Below, piece by piece: positions 59,035 to 64,000 of a DNA stretch of 64,000 bases. The notes beneath the pieces were generated by a model. That model saw only the letters and a program-made list of their open reading frames with translations. It did not search any database and was not told where the DNA came from. The position numbers and the translations under genes are program-made. The stretch covers positions 160,001 through 224,000 of the IMG/VR virus record IMGVR_UViG_3300021387_000661. One strand, given 5' to 3'. Each line of letters begins with the position of its first letter. Positions within the stretch are counted from its first letter, which is position 1. The DNA is from a virus (Duplodnaviria > Caudoviricetes).

Positions 59035-59330
59035 ATAAGAAGTTAAAAAACAAGGTATTTGACATCTTTTACAATAAGTATAAGATGCTTGAAAAATTCA
59101 ATTACATCAAAAAGGTAATGTCCTCCTGTACAACTCCCCAACAACTTGATGTTGCACACAAATGGGGGACATCAACATTATGGAATTGGTTTGATGTTAT
59201 GAATAATGATAATGATTTTGACCTATTTGGAACTTGGAGTTTCTGTTATAGTAGAACTCGTGATTTGTCAGATGATCTTAAGAAAACATATAAAGAGTTA
59301 TATGACAAATTGACAAAAGTTGTAGTTTAA
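59031..59330 (+). CDS. hypothetical protein
   Basis: ATGA-coupled ORF ending at terminator 59332-59367. Confidence 0.6.
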   Translation: MNKKLKNKVFDIFYNKYKMLEKFNYIKKVMSSCTTPQQLDVAHKWGTSTLWNWFDVMNNDNDFDLFGTWSFCYSRTRDLSDDLKKTYKELYDKLTKVVV

Positions 59331-59364
59331 TAAAAATGAGGGAAATAATTTCTCTCATTTTTTT

Positions 59365-59395
59365 TTTGTTTTTTCAATTTTTTTTATTATCTTTG
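59365..59395 (+). promoter_or_regulatory. Bacteroidota sigmaA-type promoter TTTG-N19-TATCTTTG
   Basis: Consensus match. Confidence 0.65.
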
Positions 59396-59421
59396 TATCA
59401 GAAAACAAACACAAAGAGATT

Positions 59422-60039
59422 ATGAATGTTTTAGACCTTATCAAGAAAGACCTTCAGAATAAGAAGGATATGTTTGGACGCCCTATGATTGACACCATTG
59501 TTGTTCTCAAGAAGGATGACAAGGGTTACTACATTGAGTATGCTTTCAAGGAAGGTGCTCCCCATGACAACCGCTGCCTGTCCTGGTATGATTCCTATCA
59601 GCCAGAAGCATACCGCAAGAATGGGTGGTTCAAGACTAATGATGGTGTTGACCTTCCTGAAGATGAGACCAAGAAGAGACTGGATATAATCCGTGAGGAG
59701 CGGGAGAAGAAGATTGGAAAGGTGTTCCGTCTTTCTTCCTTTACCTGTGGTTATGAAGAGGCAGAAAAGAGTTGTCTTGAAGAATCAGAGAAGTCCTGGA
59801 ATGAATTTCATAAGGATGAGAATGGTAATCCTTTACCTTTCATCCCAGAAGACCACATCTGTAAGGTTGGTTGTCCTGCCAAGTGTTGTGAGTGGGTTAG
59901 AAACCGTGTATTTCCCTGGGCATATGAGAATCCTGTAAAGTGTGCCTGTTGGTTTCTCAGGGATGGGAAGACTATGGAAGATTATATCAAGGATTATAAA
60001 ATCCCTATATCTGTCACTAAACTTGCTGAACTATTATGA
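59422..60039 (+). CDS. hypothetical Cys-rich protein
   Basis: First ORF after promoter. Confidence 0.65.
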   Translation: MNVLDLIKKDLQNKKDMFGRPMIDTIVVLKKDDKGYYIEYAFKEGAPHDNRCLSWYDSYQPEAYRKNGWFKTNDGVDLPEDETKKRLDIIREEREKKIGKVFRLSSFTCGYEEAEKSCLEESEKSWNEFHKDENGNPLPFIPEDHICKVGCPAKCCEWVRNRVFPWAYENPVKCACWFLRDGKTMEDYIKDYKIPISVTKLAELL

Positions 60040-60305
60040 AAGACAATCCCTGTATAAGGTTCTCTCACATTGGTACAGATGGTCAACCTGTATATAAACC
60101 TAAAAAGGTATTTGATACAGACAAGGAAGCAATAGCTTATGTCAAAGAGGTCAATATAATTAATGCCTCTCATATGATTCATAAACAGGTTGCATACAAA
60201 TGTCCAAAGTGTGGTAAATGGCATATAGGTAGAAGCACCACAATATTGAGTGAAAAGAACAGAGAAAAGTTGATTAATAATGGACAAACTCATCAACTAT
60301 ATTGA
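60036..60305 (+). CDS. zinc-ribbon protein
   Basis: YKCPKCGKWHIG. Confidence 0.6.
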   Translation: MKDNPCIRFSHIGTDGQPVYKPKKVFDTDKEAIAYVKEVNIINASHMIHKQVAYKCPKCGKWHIGRSTTILSEKNREKLINNGQTHQLY

Positions 60306-60852
60306 ATTCCGGTCCAAGAAGTATGGTGTGATTAAAGGAATTGCATCTGTCAATTCTATGTACTATCAGATTGGAATGTATACTGTAAGGGTATCAGACC
60401 ATATGAAGTACAATGAATCAGCAGTAAAAGAAAGTGATTACTTTTTCATCATCCAACCAAATGACACATATATCTTCATTACTAATCCAAAGTATAATAA
60501 GGATGGTAAATTATATATGAAGATTGTGACTTATGAGGAAGCAAAAGAGTTTATCAGGACATATGATGAACAGACTGCAATATTTCTCAAGATGACAGAC
60601 TGGTATATTCCTGAAAACTGGAATAGGAAAATCAATGACAAAGATAAACTCTCCTGGGATGAATTCAACAAGACATATATGAAGAATATGTCAAATGACC
60701 AGAAGATGGGTGTTGTGAACAGGATTGAATCTCTTGTCTTTGGTAACCCCAAGAAAGGAGATTTGAATACCAAACTTCCTGGTGCAATTGAAGCATATAA
60801 CAATATGACATCTGCCCAGTATAATGCTCTTATTAAAAAAATGGAGGGTTAA
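60280..60852 (+). CDS. hypothetical protein
   Basis: SMYY...VRVSDH motif; packed ORF. Confidence 0.6.
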   Translation: MDKLINYIEFRSKKYGVIKGIASVNSMYYQIGMYTVRVSDHMKYNESAVKESDYFFIIQPNDTYIFITNPKYNKDGKLYMKIVTYEEAKEFIRTYDEQTAIFLKMTDWYIPENWNRKINDKDKLSWDEFNKTYMKNMSNDQKMGVVNRIESLVFGNPKKGDLNTKLPGAIEAYNNMTSAQYNALIKKMEG

Positions 60853-60856
60853 TAAT

Positions 60857-61030
60857 ATGTGTATTTGTGATAAACTACGATCTGGTGAAGTAAAAAGAAT
60901 TGAACTTGACTATGACAATTATACTTCCCTTTTGATGGATTATGGACAAATCTGGGCAAATGGTGAGGGTGAAGCATATGTTGATATAACATATTGCCCT
61001 TTCTGTGGAAAGAAATTTGAGAAAAAATAA
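60857..61030 (+). CDS. small zinc-binding protein
   Basis: MCIC ... YCPFCGKK. Confidence 0.6.
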   Translation: MCICDKLRSGEVKRIELDYDNYTSLLMDYGQIWANGEGEAYVDITYCPFCGKKFEKK

Positions 61031-61187
61031 TTTTCAGATTTTTTTTGTTATATTTAGTTTGTGTAAGATATACACATAAATATAATGTAAGCTGGAAATA
61101 AAAATCCACAGGATACTATTTGGATTCATCAATGTGAGATAATAAAGACAGTTTACACAAAGTAATACAAATTTAACTTATATAGTT

Positions 61188-61733
61188 ATGAACAAAATTC
61201 TTGTTGTCGTCGACATGCAGAACGACTTTCTGACTGGCTCTCTCGCCAATGAATCTGCTGTAAATGTTATCCCTAATATCAAGAGGGAAATTGAAAGTGG
61301 TAAGTACAACCACATTATCTTCACAAGAGACACACACACTGAAAGGTATTTGGAAACCCAGGAAGGTAAACGTCTTCCTGTGACTCACTGTATTGCAGGG
61401 TCAAAGGGTTGGAATGTGTGTGATGAACTCCTCAATTCCAATTTTGGTATCATCGAACCTATGTACCTTAACAAACCTACATTTGGTTACAATGACTGGT
61501 ATGACTTTGTTACCCATAACCTTGTGGCAGATGGTGATGAATCTGAATTCACCTTCACAGGTACCTGCACTGACATCTGTGTTGTAAGTAATGCCCTTGC
61601 TGTCAAGGCTACATTCCCTGAAGCACAGGTAAGGTGTATTGCTGACTGCTGTGCTCCACTCTTTGGAGACCCTAAACGACAGGAGTCTGCACTTACTGTT
61701 ATGGAGTCTTGCCAGGTTGATGTGATCAGATAA
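61188..61733 (+). CDS. pncA: nicotinamidase / isochorismatase-family cysteine hydrolase
   Basis: VVDMQNDF, TRDTH, HC...G, NKPTF, GTCTDICV, DCC. Confidence 0.8.
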   Translation: MNKILVVVDMQNDFLTGSLANESAVNVIPNIKREIESGKYNHIIFTRDTHTERYLETQEGKRLPVTHCIAGSKGWNVCDELLNSNFGIIEPMYLNKPTFGYNDWYDFVTHNLVADGDESEFTFTGTCTDICVVSNALAVKATFPEAQVRCIADCCAPLFGDPKRQESALTVMESCQVDVIR

Positions 61734-61735
61734 TT

Positions 61736-62002
61736 ATGATTCTCCTTTATATCATCATTTCATTTACCAATGTGGTACTCCATATTTTTCGGAGTATCCT
61801 GGTGATTAAATCCAGTAAGTTATCCGCTTCTTTCTGGAACTGTATCTGCTATACTTTTAGTGCAGTAGTTGTAAAGTTCATTGCAGAAGTTGACCTTTGG
61901 ATTGCAATCACTGTACAGGCTGCCACCAACTTTATTGGTTGTTATGTCGGTATGTTGGTTTATGAGTGGTGGGAGAAATATACAAAGAAATCCCAAAATT
62001 GA
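61736..62002 (+). CDS. small membrane protein
   Basis: Three hydrophobic segments. Confidence 0.6.
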   Translation: MILLYIIISFTNVVLHIFRSILVIKSSKLSASFWNCICYTFSAVVVKFIAEVDLWIAITVQAATNFIGCYVGMLVYEWWEKYTKKSQN

Positions 62003-62003
62003 T

Positions 62004-62927
62004 ATGAGAACAATTCAAAAAAATTCATTAGAAATCTTCAAAACAAATATCTATATACCAACAGACATTGGTCTGGTGTCTAATAATGCCTATCTGTCTG
62101 TGGTAGCAACTAATAAGTGTAACAGGAACTGTCCATACTGTATCAATGGTGACACTGACCATACCCTGTCCATTCCTGTCAGGAAAATGACAAAGAATGT
62201 AAGTGAACTGGTTGACAGGTATGGTGTCAAAGAAGCAATCATTCTTGGTGGTGAACCAACCTTACATCCTGATATTTGTAATATCATTCATGGTTTGAAG
62301 TATGCAGGTATTCAGATTGTAAGACTTACCACCAATGGTATTGCCCTTACTGACCAACTCTTGAAAGATATGGTAAATTATGGATTGTATGGTCTGAACC
62401 TGTCCTTTCATAATGAAGACTTCATCTCCTATGAGAGACTTTCTCAGATTTATATGCTTTGCAAAGAACTGGGAATCAAACTCAGAATCAACACCAACAT
62501 CTGGAGAGGAAACCATGACTCCCTTGATTCTTTCCTGAATTTTTATGGGACTATTGTTGACAAGTGTGATGAAGTCCGTGTATCTAATATCATTCCAAAG
62601 GATACTTTTTCTGTTAATCCAAAGAATGATGAAAAGGCTGCACAAATGATTCTTCCAGATGAAGAATATCATAAGTTCTTCCAGGATCTGTGTGACTATT
62701 ACAGTAAGGATATGACATTAATTGAGAACAAGGATACCCTTGGATTTGTCAGGTATATTCTGATTCCTACCAAATGTCCAATCATTGTGAACTGGAACAT
62801 TGGATCCAAAGTTGCTGAACAGGTCTGCGAAAATGATATTGCAAACAGGAAAATCAACACCTTCAAGTGTTTGGTCTCTGGAAATATCAGTCTTTCCTGG
62901 AATGAAGGTAACACTTTTATCAAATAA
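62004..62927 (+). CDS. radical SAM enzyme
   Basis: CNRNCPYC, GGEPTLH, TTNG, LNLS motifs. Confidence 0.9.
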   Translation: MRTIQKNSLEIFKTNIYIPTDIGLVSNNAYLSVVATNKCNRNCPYCINGDTDHTLSIPVRKMTKNVSELVDRYGVKEAIILGGEPTLHPDICNIIHGLKYAGIQIVRLTTNGIALTDQLLKDMVNYGLYGLNLSFHNEDFISYERLSQIYMLCKELGIKLRINTNIWRGNHDSLDSFLNFYGTIVDKCDEVRVSNIIPKDTFSVNPKNDEKAAQMILPDEEYHKFFQDLCDYYSKDMTLIENKDTLGFVRYILIPTKCPIIVNWNIGSKVAEQVCENDIANRKINTFKCLVSGNISLSWNEGNTFIK

Positions 62928-62928
62928 A

Positions 62929-62960
62929 TTTGGTATTCTTTTGAAAAAACATTATATTTG
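62929..62960 (+). promoter_or_regulatory. Bacteroidota sigmaA-type promoter TTTG-N20-TATATTTG
   Basis: Consensus match upstream of the PRPP-synthetase-like gene. Confidence 0.7.
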
Positions 62961-62968
62961 TAACAGAT

Positions 62969-63796
62969 ATGATAAAGATTAATGATATTGAAGTGAATGT
63001 TGGACACTTCCCTGATGGGACACAGTGTATCAAGTTTCCCGTAGACGCATTATGGTCAGGACTTAATGATATGCCTATTCAGATTTCTTGGTATTATGAC
63101 TCTGATGAAGAACTCTTTACTCTTGCCTGTGTGATGGACTGGGTTCATCGCAGGCGTGGTTCAAAGAGAATCATCAAACTGAATATGCCTTATGTTCCAA
63201 ATGCCAGGATGGATCGCATTAAGAATGTTAATGAAAACTTCTCTCTTAAGGTTTTTGCCAACTTTATCAACTCACTTGGGTTTGATACTGTCAAGGTCTA
63301 TAATGTTCACTCCAATGTAAGTGAGGCACTCATCAACAATGTCTACAATGAAATGCCCAACAGAGATGTGAATTACTGTATTCTTAATTATAACCCTGAT
63401 GTTATTTTCTTCCCTGATGAGGGTGCTTGTAAGAGATATGCAGACCTTGATTCAGTAAAAGAATCTGGTCTCCCTGTTACCTTTGGTATCAAGAAACGGG
63501 AATGGAATACAGGAAAGATTCTTGGTCTTGATGTTGTATCTGACACAGACCTTACAGGAAAGAAGGTTCTTATTGTTGATGACATCTGTTCTGCCGGCGG
63601 GACATTTAAGTTCTCTGCAATGAAACTCAAGGAACTTGGTGCATCTGATGTTGCTCTCTATGTCTCCCATTGTGAAGACAATATCCAGAATGGTGACCTC
63701 CTGAAGACTGACCTTGTGTCAAAGATTTACACCACTAACAGTATTCTTCACATTCATCATCCAAAAATTGAAATTATTTCTTATTTCAGAAACTAA
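62969..63796 (+). CDS. ribose-phosphate pyrophosphokinase-like protein (candidate ADPR-PP synthase, Adps)
   Basis: FPDGT, MPYVPNARMDR, NVHS, PDEGACKRY, LIVDDICSAGGTF, LYVSH. Confidence 0.8.
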   Translation: MIKINDIEVNVGHFPDGTQCIKFPVDALWSGLNDMPIQISWYYDSDEELFTLACVMDWVHRRRGSKRIIKLNMPYVPNARMDRIKNVNENFSLKVFANFINSLGFDTVKVYNVHSNVSEALINNVYNEMPNRDVNYCILNYNPDVIFFPDEGACKRYADLDSVKESGLPVTFGIKKREWNTGKILGLDVVSDTDLTGKKVLIVDDICSAGGTFKFSAMKLKELGASDVALYVSHCEDNIQNGDLLKTDLVSKIYTTNSILHIHHPKIEIISYFRN

Positions 63797-63829
63797 TCAT
63801 TTTATACAATTAAAAATCTTATATAGGTT

Positions 63830-64000
63830 ATGATTAATACATTAGCAATTCTTTTATGTGACACTTATAAGACTTGTCACAATCGTATGTACCCTAAAAA
63901 CCTCAAGAAACTTACTTCTTATTGGGTACCTCGTAAGTCAATGTTCGAGAAACCTGAAAACCAGAAGATGGTCTGGTTTGGTATGCAGGCATTCATCCAG
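63830..64000 (+). CDS. nicotinamide phosphoribosyltransferase-like protein (candidate Namat), 3'-truncated
   Basis: Read from sequence: MINTLAILLCDTYKTCHNRMYP...SYWVPRKS...VWFGMQAFIQ matches the NAMPT N-terminal DxYKxxH..YP / FFGLQ pattern. Confidence 0.75.
   Translation, partial: MINTLAILLCDTYKTCHNRMYPKNLKKLTSYWVPRKSMFEKPENQKMVWFGMQAFIQ

Noticed and set aside
1-64000. Stop-codon reassignment (TAG to Gln, as in Lak phages)
   Set aside because: Long conserved genes are intact in the standard code, and TAG ends complete genes such as clpP (45901-45903) and cca.

Overview
This is a 64 kb segment of a large, AT-rich, T4-like (myovirus-type) jumbo phage genome read in the standard genetic code. 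The host is most likely a Bacteroidota species, because seven TTTG-N19/20-TAnnTTTG promoters are present and the starts inspected lack Shine-Dalgarno sequences. Virion genes include a 3533-aa modular tail fibre, a gp13-like neck protein, a gp5/gpV-like spike, a gp53-like wedge protein and terminase gp17. Other genes cover replication/recombination (clamp loader, gp46/SbcC, dUTPase), methylation (a split Dcm with an intein at its catalytic Cys, and a phage Dam), proteostasis (ClpC-like ATPase, ClpP, DnaJ), RNA repair (kinase, phosphoesterase, RNA ligase, CCA enzyme) and NAD metabolism (nicotinamidase, Adps/PRPP-synthetase-like, partial Namat/NAMPT-like). The most striking observation is six late genes carrying 12 copies of a conserved 21-aa module, ES[IV]W[NG]DIR[KR]RGNGx[DE]xKxED. 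In 11 of 12 copies it follows a T4-prohead-protease-like [ILV]-x-E site, and each copy leads a variable ~105-170-aa cargo domain. The genes start with T4-like capsid-targeting leaders. I infer a family of capsid-packaged polyproteins that are cut into many diversified effectors sharing one N-terminal tag. A second notable element is a ~100-nt late small RNA whose two hairpin loops are complementary to the 5' leader and start region of the adjacent homing-endonuclease mRNA. A third is a pseudoknotted RNA candidate upstream of the RNA ligase gene. All functional calls come from motif recognition by eye; no database searches were run.
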